DNA of 64,000 bases from Squalus acanthias (Eukaryota): contig JASTWF010000349.1 in NCBI GenBank assembly GCA_030390025.1, positions 434,001 through 498,000 of the forward strand, in the 5' to 3' direction. A program made the translations under genes and the position numbers. Under the pieces are notes generated by a model. That model worked only from the letters and a program-made list of their open reading frames with translations. It made no database searches and was not told the origin of the DNA. Positions 1-12,344 of the stretch are shown here, in pieces (the stretch's first letter is position 1; each line of letters begins with the position of its first letter).

Positions 1-2654
1 ACTGAGTGGGGTGTCCCAGAGATCGGTGCTGGGTGATGTACTGAGTGGGGTGTCCCAGGGATCGGTGCTGGCAGATGTACTGAGTGGAGTGTCCCAGGGA
101 TCGGTGCTGGGAGATGTACTGAGTGGGGTGTCCCAGGGATCGGTGCTGGGAGATGTACTGAGTGGGGTGTCCCAGGGATCGGTGCTGGGGAGATGTACTG
201 AGTGGGTGTCCCAGGGATCGGTGCTGGGGAGATGTACTGAGTGGAGTGTCCCTGGGATCGATGCTGGGAGATGTACTGAGTGGAGTGTCCCAGGGATCAG
301 TGCTGGGAGATGTACTGAGTGGAGTGTCCCAGGGATCAGTGCTGGGTGATGTACTGAGTGGAGTGTCCCAGGGATCGGTGCTGGGAGATGTACTGAGTGG
401 AGTGTCCCAGGGATTGGTGCTGGGAGATGTACTGAGTGGGTGTCCCAGGGATCGGTGCTGGGTGATGTACTGAGTGGAGTGTCCCAGGGATCAGTGCTGG
501 GAGAGTTACTGAGTGGGTGTCCCAGGGATTGGTGCTAGGAGATGTACTGAGTGGAGTGTCCTAGGGATTGATCGGTGCTGGGTGATGTACTGAGTGGAGT
601 GTCCCAGGGATTGATCGGTGCTGGGAGATGTACTGAGTGGAGTGTCCTAGGGATTGATCGGTGCTGGGTGATGTACTGAGTGGAGTGTCCCAGGGATTGA
701 TCGGTGCTGGGTGATGTACTGAGTGGAGTGTCCCAGGGATTGATCGGTGCTGGGAGATGTACTGAGTGGAGTGTCCTAGGGATTGGTGCTGGGAGATGTA
801 CTGAGTGGAGTGTCCCAGGGATCAGTGCTGGGAGATGTACTGAGTGGAGTGTCCCAGGGATCGGTGCTGGGAGATATACTGAGTGGAGTGTCCCAGGGAT
901 CAGTGCTGGGAGATGTACTGAGTGGAGTGTCCCAGGGATCGGTGCTGGGAGATGTACTGAGTGGAGTGTCCTAGGGATTGGTGCTGGGAGATGTACTGAG
1001 TGGAGTGTCCCAGGGATCAGTGCTGGGAGATGTACTGAGTGGAGTGTCCCAGGGATCGGTGCTGGGAGATATACTGAGTGGAGTGTCCCAGGGATCGGTG
1101 CTGGGAGAGTTACTGAGTGGAGTGTCCCAGGGATCAGTGCTGGGAGAGTTACTGAGTGGGTGTCCCAGGGATTGGTGCTGGGGAGATGTACTGAGTGGGG
1201 TGTCCCAGGGATTGATCAGTGCTGGGTGATGTACTGAGTGGAGTGTACCAGGGATTGATCGGTGCTGGGAGATGTACTGAGTGGAGTGTCCTAGGGATTG
1301 GTGCTGGGAGATGTACTGAGTGGAGTGTTCTAGGGATTGGTGCTGGGAGATGTACTGAGTGGAGTGTCCCAGGGATCAGTGCTGGGTGATGTACTGAGTG
1401 GAGTGTCCCAGGGATTGATCAGTGCTGGGTGATGTACTGAGTGGAGTGTCCCAGGGATTGATCAGTGCTGGGTGATGTACTGAGTGGAGTGTACCAGGGA
1501 TTGATCGGTGCTGGGAGATGTACTGAGTGGAGTGTCCTAGGGATTGGTGCTGGGAGATGTACTGAGTGGAGTGTTCTAGGGATTGGTGCTGGGAGATGTA
1601 CTGAGTGGAGTGTCCCAGGGATCAGTGCTGGGTGATGTACTGAGTGGAGTGTCCCAGGGATCAGTGCTGGGAGATGTACTGAGTGGAGTGTCCCAGGGAT
1701 CAGTGCTGGGAGATGTACTGAGTGGAGTGTTCTAGGGATTGGTGCTGGGAGATGTACTGAGTGGAGTGTCCTAGGGATTGGTGCTGGGAGATGTACTGAG
1801 TGGAGTGTCCCAGGGATCGGTGCTGGGTGATGTACTGAGTGGAGTGTCCCAGGGATCGGTGCTGGGTGATGTACTGAGTGGAGTGTCCCAGGGATCGGTG
1901 CTGGGTGATTTACTGAGTGGTGTGTCCCAGGGGTCAGTGCTGGGAGATGTACTGAGTGGAGTGTCCCAGGGATCGGTGCTGGGGAGATGTACTGAGTGGG
2001 GTGTCCCAGGGATTTATCGGTGCTGGGAGATGTACTGAGTGGGGTGTCCCAGGGATCAGTGCTGGGAGATGTACTGAGTGGGTGTCCCAGGGATCGGTGC
2101 TGGGAGATGTACTGAGTGGGTGTCCCAGGGATCGGTGCTGGGGAGATGTACTGAATGTGGTGTCCCAGAGATCGGTGCTGGGAGATGTACTGAGTGGGGT
2201 GTCCCAGGGATCGGTGCTGGGGAGATGTACTGAGTGGGGTGTCCCAGAGATCGGTGCTGGGTGATGTACTGAGTGGGGTGTCCCAGGGATCGGTGCTGGC
2301 AGATGTACTGAGTGGAGTGTCCCAGGGATCGGTGCTGGGAGATGTACTGAGTGGGGTGTCCCAGGGATCGGTGCTGGGAGATGTACTGAGTGGGGTGTCC
2401 CAGGGATCGGTGCTGGGGAGATGTACTGAGTGGGTGTCCCAGGGATCGGTGCTGGGGAGATGTACTGAGTGGGGTGTCCCAGGGATCGGTGCTGGGAGAT
2501 GTACTGAGTGGGGTGTCCCAGGGATCGGTGCTGGGGAGATGTACTGAGTGGGTGTCCCAGGGATCGGTGCTGGGAGATGTACTGAGTGGGGTGTCCCAGG
2601 GATCGGTGCTGGGGAGATGTACTGAGTGGGGTGTCCCAGGGATCGGTGCTGGGG
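1..2654 (+). repeat. Minisatellite with ~39-bp unit (gatgtactgagtggagtgtcccagggatcggtgctggga), apparently derived from the CR1 RT motif
   Basis: Tandem 38-43 bp units. One unit translates as DVLSGVSQGSVLG, compared with [12 protein letters not shown] in CR1 ORF2 copies elsewhere in this window. The array runs off the window start. Confidence 0.95.
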
Positions 2655-3219
2655 GGTCATGAGGCTGTTTTGCTGAAGTTGTGCAGTGCTCTGTATGGGC
2701 AACATTTTGAAAGCACTGTTAATCTTTGGTCACTGAAATATGGGAGATCTAATTTTCAGTAAGGGACATCAGTCCGATCCCTTGTCTGGGCTCAGTTACC
2801 AGAATCGGCTAGAAAACTGGGACTCTTTGGCCATGGTTGGAGGGCGCATGAGAGGTGATTTAACAAGTGAATAATGTCCTGCAATGGTAGAGGTATGAAC
2901 TGGTGAAAAGCTGGTTCAGGAGTCATGCCAAGAAGCATTTCATAAGTGTGATTGGTAACTGGATCCATCAGCTCCTCACTCCCAGAGGGGATCTGTGCTG
3001 AAATGGAGTGCAGGTCTGCAGTGTTGTAGCTCCCTCTTCCTGGTCCCCCGCCCCCTCTTCCCGACACCTCCACCACCCCCCCACCCCGCCCCCCCCCCCC
3101 CCCCCCCCCCCCCTCCCTGGACCTATGAGACCCTTGGGGCTGAGCGTTTCCCGATTGCTTCCTGCACTCCTGCCTCAGCCTTTGGTTTCTAACCTCACTG
3201 TTGCTTCTCCTTTGCACAG

Positions 3220-3407
3220 ATCAAAGAAGATGAACGGGTCACTGGATCACCCCGACCAGCCTGACATCGATTCCATCAAGATGTTTGTGGGTCAGATTCC
3301 ACGGTCCTGGTCGGAGAAGGAACTGAAGGAGCTCTTTGAGCAGTATGGTGCCGTGTATGAAATCAATGTACTCCGAGACAGAAGTCAGAACCCCCCTCAG
3401 AGTAAAG
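3220..3407 (+). CDS. CELF1: CELF1 exon, RRM1 N-terminal part ([62 protein letters not shown])
   Basis: Pyrimidine tract and cag acceptor ending at 3219; G|gtgag donor after 3407; in-frame ATG at 3230. Near identity to CELF1/2 RRM1, and SKKMNG, DHPDQPD and [11 protein letters not shown] favour CELF1. Confidence 0.92.
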
Positions 3408-3594
3408 GTGAGCTCGCCAAAATCTAATGCACCTACACAGGATATACGGCCCAGAAACAGGCCATTCGGCCCAACCAGTCCATGCCGGCGTTTATGCTCC
3501 ACTTGAGCCTCCTCCCATCTTTCCTCATCTAAATCTATCAGCATAACCCTCTATTCCCTTCTCCCTCATGTGCTTGTCTAGCCTCCCCTTAAAT

Positions 3595-4540
3595 ATAGGG
3601 GGTATGATTAAGAAGTTTGCAGATGATACTAAAATCGGCTGTATGGTTGATACTGAAGAAGGAAGCTGTAGACTGCAGGAAGATATCAATAAATTGGTCA
3701 GGTGGGCAGAACAGTGGCAAATGGAATTCAATCTGGAGAAGTGTGAGGTAATGCATTTGGGGAGGGCTAACAAGGAAAGGCAATACACAATAAATGGTAG
3801 GACACTGAGTAGTGTAGAGGAACAAAGGGACCATGGAGTGCATGTCCATAGATCCCTGAAGGTAGCAGGCCAGGTAGATAAGGAGGTTAAGAAGGCATAC
3901 GGAATGCTTGCCTTTATTAGCCGTGGCATAGAATACAAGAGCAGGGAGGTTATGCTTCAACTGTATAAAACACTAGTTAGGCCTCAGCTAGAGTACTGCG
4001 TGCAGTTCTGGTCACCACATTACAGGAAAGATGTGATTGCACTAGAGAGGGTACAGAGGAGATTTACAAGGATGTTGCCGGGAGTAGAGAATCTTAGCTG
4101 TGAGGAAAGACTGGATAGGCTGGGTCTGTTTTCCTTGGGACAGAGGAGGCTGAGGGGAGACCTTATTGAGGTGTATACAATTATGAGGGGCCTAGATAAA
4201 GTGGATAGAAAGGGCCTATTTCCCTTAGCAGAGCGGTCAAAAACCAGGGGGCACAGATTTAAAGTAATTGGGGGAAGGTTTAGAGGGGATTTGAGGGGAA
4301 ATTTCTTCACCCAGAGGGTTGTGGGGGTCTGGAACTCACTGCCTGAAAGGGTGGTAGAGGCAGGAACCCTAACCACATTTAAAAAATACTTGGATGTGCA
4401 CTTGACATGCTGTAACCTGCAGGGCTACGGACCAAGAGGTGGGAAGTGGGATTAGGCTGGATAGCTCTTTGTTGTCCGGTGCGGGCACGATGGGCCGAAA
4501 TGGCCTCCTTCCGTGCTGTAACTTTCTATGATTTCTATGA
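3595..4540 (+). mobile_element. Young 5'-truncated CR1 LINE (ORF2 RT C-terminal half) nested in an older CR1
   Basis: Uninterrupted ORF from KFADDTK to GYGPRGGKWD* (stop at 4455), followed by the CR1 (ttctatga)n tail. Confidence 0.92.
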
Positions 4541-5227
4541 CATGCATCTATACTATTTGCTTCAACCACTCCCTGTGGTAGCGAGTTCCACATTCTCACC
4601 ACTCCTTGGGTAAATAAGTTTCTTCTGAATTCCCTGTTGAATTTCTTGGTGACTATCTTATATTGATGGCCTCTAGTTATGCTGTTCCCCACAATTGGAA
4701 ACATTCTCTTTGTATCCACTCTATCAAAACCTTTCATAATTTTATAGACCTCTATTAGGTCACCCCTCAGCCTTTTTTCAAGGGAAAGAGACCCAGCCTG
4801 TTCATCTTTTCCTGATATGTATACTCTCGCATTTCTGGTATCATCCTTGTAACTCTTCTCTGCACCCTCTCCAGTGGCTCTATATCCTTTCTATAATATG
4901 GCGACCAGAACTGAACGCAGTACTCCACGTGTGGTCTAATCAAGGTTCGATACAAGTTTAGCATAACTTCTCTACTTTTCATTTCTATCCCTCTAGAAAT
5001 AAACCGTAGTGCTTGGTTTGCTTTTTTATGGCCTTGCTAACCTGTGGCGCAACTTTTAGTGATTTGTGTATTTGTACTCAGAGATCCCTTTGTTCCTCTA
5101 CCCCACCTAGACTCGCACCTTCTAAGTGATAAGTGGTCATGATGTGGAGATGCCGGTGTTGGACTGGGGTGGACAAAATTGAGAAGTCGCGCAACACCAG
5201 GTTATAGTCCAACAGTTTTATTTGAAA

Positions 5228-5269
5228 TCGCAAGCTTTCGGAGCTATCGATCGCCCCTTCCTCAGGTGA
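5228..5269 (-). ncRNA. Second (inverted) copy of the Penelope hammerhead motif
   Basis: Exact reverse complement of 6188-6229. Confidence 0.7.
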
Positions 5270-6187
5270 AGTAAAGAGATACAGAATCGCCAAAGCATAT
5301 ATAGATAGAGAACAATGCATGTGTTACTTACAAAAGCAGACGACTACATTTAAATCACCCTGACTGTTTATCTGCCGAGGTGTGACAAAAGGCAATCAGG
5401 TCACATCAAAGACATAGCAAGATACAACTGAGACAATGAGGTGGAGTCACAGGGGGTCTAACGTGTCAAAAGCTGCAGTCTGTATATAAAACGATAAACT
5501 TTAAAATTTTTACTTTTTTACTGGGAATCACATCTGTGAACAAGCCAACGACGACTCGAGTCCGGATCACGTCATGTATCGTAACATAAACCCAAGATCC
5601 CGGTTGAGACCGTCCTCATGAGTGCGGAACTTGGCTATCAGTTTCTGCTCGATGATTTTGCGTTGTCGTGTGTTACTAAGGCCGCCTTGGAGAAGTGTTC
5701 CCTCCCAGTCGGGGAACACTTCAGCAGTCAAGGACATTCAGCCTCGGATCTGCGGGTAAGCGTTCTCCAAGGCGGCCTTAGTAACACACGACAACGCAAA
5801 ATCATTGAGCAGAAACTGATAGCCAAGTTCCGCACTCATGAGGACGGTCTCAACCGGGATCTTGGGTTTATGTCACGATACATGACGTGATCCGGACTCG
5901 AGTCGTCGTTGGCTTGTTCACAGATGTGATTCCCAGTAAAAAAGTAAAAATTTTAAAGTTTATCGTTTTACATACAGACTGCAGTTTTTGACACGTTAGA
6001 CCCCCTGTGACTCCACCTCATTGTCTCAGTTGTATCTTGCTATGTCTTTGATGTGACCTGATTGCCTTTTGTCACACCTTGGCAGATAAACAGTCAGGGT
6101 GATTTAAATGTAGTCGTCTGCTTTTGTAAGTAACACATGCATTGTTCTCTATCTATATATGCTTTGGCGATTCTGTATCTCTTTACT

Positions 6188-6229
6188 TCACCTGAGGAAG
6201 GGGCGATCGATAGCTCCGAAAGCTTGCGA
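6188..6229 (+). ncRNA. Minimal type-I hammerhead ribozyme motif of a Penelope pLTR
   Basis: tcac-CTGAGGA-a-ggggc(loop)gctcc-GAAA-gctt-gcga: CUGANGA and GAAA core boxes, helix II and palindromic aagctt helix III, with a stem I mismatch. Confidence 0.7.
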
Positions 6230-9200
6230 TTTCAAATAAAACTGTTGGACTATAACCTGGTGTTGTGCGACTTCTCAATTAAGTGATAAGTGACCTCCCT
6301 ACCAAAATGTAATACCTCACATTTATCTGTGTTGAACTTCATTTGCCAATTATTTGTCCATTCTGCAAGTTTATTAATGTCCTCCTGTGATTTGTTGAAG
6401 TCCTCCTCAGTATTGACCAATCCCCCCCAATTTGGTATCATCCGCAAATTTAGAAATTGTGTTTTTGATTCCAAAGTCTAAATCGTTAATGTAAATTGTG
6501 AACAGCAGTGGTCCCAGCACTGATCCTTGTGGAACAACACTACCCACCTTCTGCCACTGTGAATAGCTACCCTTTACTCCCACTCTCTGCTTTCTGTCTT
6601 GAAGCCAGCTAGCAATCCATTCTGCTACTTGTCCCCTGACTCCGCATTCCCTGATCTTATTCATTAGTCTATTATGGGGTACCTTCTCGAAGGCCTTTTG
6701 AAAATCTAGATAAATTACATCTACTGCATTGCCAGTATCTACTCTGTCTGTTACCTCTTCAAAGAATTCAATGAGGTTGGTCAAGCAAGATTTTCCCTTT
6801 TGAAATCTGTGCTGACTATTCATTATTATACTTTTCATTTCTAGATGTTCTTCTATTCTCTCCTTTTAGTAGGGATTCCATTATTTTTCCTCCCACCAAT
6901 GTTAAGCTGACTGGTCTATAATTCCCTGGACATGTTCTATCCCCCTTCTTAAATATCGGTATTACATTAGCTATCCGCCAGTCCTCTGGCACTACACCTT
7001 CTTCTAATGAATTATTAAATAGGTGTAGTAATGCCTCGGCTATCTCTTCCCTAGATTCTTTTAAAATGCGTGGATGCAATCCATCCGGACCAGGGGTTTT
7101 ATCCTATTCGAATTTGATTAGTTTCTTTAATAGATCCCCTTTTTTATTTTGAATACACTTATCTCATTACTCATCATCCAATATCATGTCCACCTGTTCT
7201 ATCTCCCTGGTAAATACCGAAGCGAAATAATGATTTAATATTTCTGCCATCTCCCTAACGTTACCTGTGGTATTGCCCTGTCTATCCCTTAATGGCCCTA
7301 TTCCCATCCCAACCTTCCTTTTTTATTGATGTGCCTGTAAAATATTTTACTATTTTGTTTTATGTTCCTTGATAATTTAATTTCATAGTTCCTCTTTGCC
7401 TTCCTAATTGTTTTTTTAACTTCTCTCCTAATCCCTTCGTATTCTCTCATCATGCACTCCCCTGCTGTCTATGTACTTAATGTATGCCTCTTTCCTTACC
7501 CTCAATTGTACCCTTATGTCTTTATTCATCCATGGAGTCTCATTAGTGTTTAGTTTGTTCTTTCCTTTTAGCGGAATATATTTTTCCTGCACTCTGTTGA
7601 ACACCATTTTAAATGTTTCCCATTGTCGTTCTATATCGTTGTTTGCCAATATTGTTGTCCATTTTACCTTCCCAAGTTCTATTCTCAGCCCCTCAAAATC
7701 AAGCTTTTCTCCAATCTATTAACCTGGTTTTTGTCATACTTATGTCCTTCTCTGTTATCATCATAAAGCGTATTATATTATGGTCACTATTGCGTATATG
7801 TTCCCCTACTTTTACTTCTCTTATTTGCTCATATTATCCCCATAACTAGATCCAATCGTGAATCCTCCCTTGTTGGGCTTTTTACATATTGGGTTAGAAA
7901 GGAGTCCTGTACACATTGTAGGAACTCCATTCCCTTATCCCCTTTACCTACCTCTTCTTTCCAATTAATATTGGGGTAGTTGAAATCCCCCATTATTATT
8001 ATTTTGTACTCATTTCTCTAATTTGTCTGTATATTTCTTCCTCCACCTCCCTTCCACTATTAGGTGGTCTGTAGACTACGCCTATTAGTGTGATTGATCC
8101 TTTATTATCTTTTATCTCTATCCATATGGATTCTATTTTTGTCTTGCTGATATCTATGTCCCTTTTTTCTACTGCCATTATGTTATCCCTAATAAGTACA
8201 GCTACTCCACCTCCCCTTTTTCCCTCCCTATCTTTTCTAAATATGTTATACCCTGCAATGTTTAATTCCCAGTCCTGATTTTTCTGTAGCCATGTCTCAG
8301 TAATCCCTACTATGTCTGGTTCCTCCCAACGCATGATTGCCTCCAGCTCCCCTGTTTTAATACGGACACTGTGTGCATTGCTGTACAGACAGTTTAACTC
8401 ATTTTAATAGGATTTCCTCTCTCTTTATGTTTAACCATTTTTTAGACTCCTGTTCGATAACTCTATTTGCTCCCTTGCTGTCAATGTCCTCCCTTACTTT
8501 ATTCTTTCTTCTGCTCACCTTTCCTGTTTTGTTTATATTTAGGCTGCTTACGTTTCTTGTAGATCCCTCCCCCCCCCCCCCCCCCCCCCCCTTTACTAGT
8601 TTAAAGCCTTTGCCACCTCCCTATTTACCCTTTCCGCCAGGACACGGGTTCCATCCCGGTTCAGGTGGAGCCCGTCCCATCGGTACAGCTCCTTCCTATC
8701 CCAGAACTGGTGCCAGTGTCCCATGAAAAGGAACCCCTCTTTCCCACACCAGCCCTTTAGCCACATGTTAATTCTCCTGATCCGTCTGCTTCTGTGCCAG
8801 TTTGCATGTGGCTCGGGCAATAATCCAGAGATTATTACCCCCGAGGTCCTGCTTTTTAATTTAGATCCTAACTCCTGATACTCTTTCAGCAAGACCTCCT
8901 CCCTGTTCCTACCTATGTCATTTGTTCCAACATGGACCATGACCACTGGATTTACCCCCTCCCTTTCCAAGTTTCTCTTCAGCCGCCGTGAGATATCCCT
9001 TACCCTGGCAACACACCCTTCGGGATTCTCGTTCTTGGCTGCAGAGGATGCCATCTAGCCCCCTAAATATAGAGTCCCCTATCACTACCATATTTCTCTT
9101 CTGCTCTCCCCCCCCCACCGCCCCCTCACCCCTTCGACAGCCTTCTGAGCCACGGTGCCATGGTCTGCATGTGGCTGTCCACCCTGCAGTCTTTCTCCTT

Positions 9201-10463
9201 GTCCTCACAGGTAGTGAGTACATCGTACCTGTTGGACAGGACCAGTGTCTGCGGGACCTCCTTCTCAACCTCCCTTAAATCCCCGCGACCCGTCTCCCTA
9301 ACAGTCGCACCCTCCCATTCCTCAACCTGTGCTTTCCTCTGGGGTGGGACTGTATTCTAGATAAAACTGTCCAGAAATTCCTCCCCCTCCCTTATGTGTC
9401 TGAGTGTCTCCAACTCGCACTCCAGCTCAATGACTCTGAGCCGGAGAGATTCAAGATGGAGACATCTTCTGCAGATGTGTTTGCTCGGGACAGTCTCGCC
9501 ATCCACAAGCTCCCACATACTGCAGTCCAGATACACAACCTGCCCTGCCATATGTTAGACTAGCCTTATTTTATTTATTTAATTAATTAAAGTCTTTATT
9601 CAACAATTATTTATAGTTATATTAAATAGTTGAACTAGTTAAGCTATAAATTTATACGTTATAGTTTCCTGGTCCTAGTTTAAACCACTGTCCTAGGTTA
9701 GAGAGAAAAAAAACCTTAATACTCACCAACCAATCATCTACCTGCTGTCCTGTGACGTCACTCTTGGTTTATTTTTGGAAATCGTTGACTGTTCGACCGC
9801 TGCTGGTGTCTCCAATCAGGTCGGAGTCTACCAACGCCAATCTTAGGGTAGACTCTGCGATAATTACAAGATGCAACTCAGCACTTGGATGGTATTTTGT
9901 GAAGGTTCTGTGACTGTGCTCTTAGTCAAACAAGTTCTGGGTGCCCAGGGTGTTTTAGAAATGCAGTCATGATGCTGACCTTTCTAGCCCTTGAGTGGGA
10001 CTGACTGACCAGGTTGGGAGAGAGGCAAAGGGCAGCAGTGACTTTTGTGAGTGCAGACCACACATTGCTGCGTGCTCTGGAGCTCTCGCAGGGAATGGTA
10101 CCGGGGAGGGGGCAGTTCCTGCAGCACCTCATTGCAGAATAAGTGGTGCAGGAGCTGAGGTGGCTGCACCCTGCTGGTGTGTGTGGCGGGGAGCTGAGAC
10201 CTAGTCGAGGCACAGGGGTTGGTAGAGACTTGAAGCTCCCCTCATGGTAATGCGGGGCAGGGCCGAGTGTCGAATGGAGCCCTGCTACTTTGCCACAGGT
10301 TGGGCTGTTCTTCAGACTTGTTCTTCAGCACCTGGAGGGAAGGTGGATCAACTGACAATTGGTCAGTCCCTCTCGCCCAGAGCATGTGGGGAGGGCCACA
10401 AGGTGCTGGGATTTGACAGGTGAGGCGGCATTCCGGCTGTTTACTCTGTGTTTTTCTTTCTAG

Positions 10464-10546
10464 GTTGTTGCTTTGTAACATTTTATACCCGTAAAGCAGC
10501 ACTAGAAGCACAAAACGCTCTTCACAATATGAAGATTCTCCCTGGG
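10464..10546 (+). CDS. CELF1: CELF1 exon, RRM1 RNP1 region ([28 protein letters not shown])
   Basis: tttttctttctag acceptor and GGG|gtgagt donor; 83 bp; phase matches the preceding exon. Confidence 0.95.
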
Positions 10547-11054
10547 GTGAGTATGTCCGTATTAGCTGTCACACTTTACCACCAGATCAGGATCACGGGC
10601 CTATTCTGTGCCCGCCTATGGGGATCCTAACTTTTAAACAAAGCTGACACCATTCACTCGCCTGCAGTCAAATATGGGACTGTTTCAGGGCGGCCAGTCA
10701 CTCCAGTATGCTGACACAGCTACTCCACATCTGGCCTTGCCGCGAGTCGTACAGGATCTGTGCCGGTCGTCGGGAGATGTAATCGAGGTCCAGGATGAGG
10801 AGAGACCCATACATCAACTTTCCCTGTTACAACATCCATAACCTGTGTTTTTCTGTCTGCTCCCAATTTGTGGGTTATTCTCACTCCCAGCAGAGTTTTT
10901 TGTGATGTATTTTATGTTTACTAAATTATGCTCTTGTGGCGTCGCACACGGGGAAGCGAGACTAAGTGTCGTATTCAGGTGGAGTTAGAGGGTGGAGGAG
11001 AACTGGACCAGGGATGTAATTCAGCCCCTGTTTGGAACTCATACACACTCATTA

Positions 11055-12320
11055 TTTTTCCATTATAAATTCCTATGCCCACATTTATAATGGAAAGTGC
11101 CCATGTCTACGAAATTGGCTTAAGTGATAGAAAACAGAGAGTAGTGGTGAACGGTTGTTTATCGGACTGGAGGAAGGTATACATTGGGGTTCCCCAGGGG
11201 TTGGTATTAGGATCACTGCTTTTCTTGATATATATTAATGACTTGGACTTGGGTGTACAGGGCACAATTTCAAAATTTGCAGATGACACAAAACTTGGAA
11301 GTATAGTGAACAGTGAGGAGGATAGTGATGGGCTTCAAGAGGACTTAGACAGGCTGGTGGAATGGCCGGACACATGGCAGATGAAATTTAACACAGAAAA
11401 GTGCGAAGTGATACATTTTGGTAGGAAGAACGTGGAGAGGCAATATAAACTAAAGGGTACAATCCTAAAGGGGGTGCATGAACAGACAGACCTGGGGGTA
11501 CATGTGCACAAATCATTGAAGGTGGGAGGGCAGGTTGAGAAAGCAGTTAAAAAAGTATACGGGATCCTGGGCTTCATAGAGGCAGAGTGTACGAAAGCAA
11601 GGAAGTTATGATGAACCTTTATAAAACACTGGTTCGGCCTCAACTGAAGCATTGTGTCCAATTCTGGGTACCGTACTTTAGGAAGGATGTGAAGGCCTTA
11701 GAGAGGGTACAGAAAAGATTTAAAAGAATGGTTCCAGAGATGAGGGACTTCAGTTAAGTGGAGAAGCTGGGGTTGTTCTCCTTAGAGCAGTGAAGGTTGA
11801 CAGGAGATTTGATAGAGGTGTTCAAAATCATGAGGGGTCTAGACAGAGTAGATAGAGGGAAAGTGTTCCCATTGGCGGAAAGGTCGAGAACCAGAGGACA
11901 CAGATTTAAGGTGATGGCAGAAAAACCAAAGGCGACATGAGGAAAAACTTTTTTACACAGCGAGTGGTTAGGATCTGGAATGCACTGCCTGGAAGGTTGG
12001 TGGAGGCAAATTCAATCGTGGCTTTCAAAAGGGAATTGGATAAGTACCTGAAGGAAAAAAATTTGCAGGGCTGCGGGGAAAGGGCGGGGGAGTGGGACTA
12101 GCTGAAGTGCTCTTGCAGAGAGCCGGGACGGGCCAAATGGCGGCCTCCTGTGCTGTAATCATTCTATGATTTCAGGTAAACTTGTCACGCTGTAATTACA
12201 CCCTCCATCCATGTATATGCTGCAGCACCACCACTGGTAGGAGCTTGTAATTACAGTGTGACACGTTTATATAGGCAGGTCCCATTATAACTGGACAAAG
12301 GATATTTATAATGGGAAAAG
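11055..12320. mobile_element. Short palindromic MITE-like element split by a CR1 insertion
   Basis: ttttccattataaat (~11056) is inverted to atttataatgggaaaa (~12304). Inner inverted pair tgtcacgctgtaattaca / tgtaattacagtgtgaca at 12183-12263. Confidence 0.5.
11112..12172 (+). mobile_element. 5'-truncated CR1 LINE ORF2 fragment
   Basis: GVPQGLVLG, KFADDTK and HFGRKN motifs; ends in cattctatgatt. Confidence 0.9.
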
Positions 12321-12344
12321 ATGACAGTGCAAGATTTATTTTAT

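Larger units (their letters stand above)
5136..6279. mobile_element. Penelope-like element 3' fragment with inverted (fold-back) structure
   Basis: GIY-YIG C-terminus SLPVGEHF...EQKLIAKFRTHEDGLNRD (ORF 5618-5890). Arms 5177-5694 and 5763-6280 are reverse complements. Target-site duplication taagtgataagtg at 5123-5135 and 6280-6292. Confidence 0.9.
3430..9790 (-). mobile_element. Near full-length degenerate CR1 LINE (ORF1 zinc finger plus SGNH esterase; ORF2 APE endonuclease-RT), with two nested insertions
   Basis: Minus-strand ORFs: 9357-9551 CxxC zinc finger; 8596-9268 VIGDS/VGTND/DGLHLN esterase; 7999-8334 ITETW endonuclease; 6407-7079 [25 protein letters not shown]; 4369-4982 C-terminus. 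Ends are approximate. Confidence 0.9.

Noticed and set aside
1..2654. CRISPR-like array or repetitive protein gene
   Set aside because: Units are contiguous with no unique spacers, no cas genes are present, the context is eukaryotic, and frequent indels break the frame.
3568..4455. 295-aa RT-like ORF as a functional gene
   Set aside because: It is a 5'-truncated CR1 ORF2; the ATG comes from the flanking antisense element.
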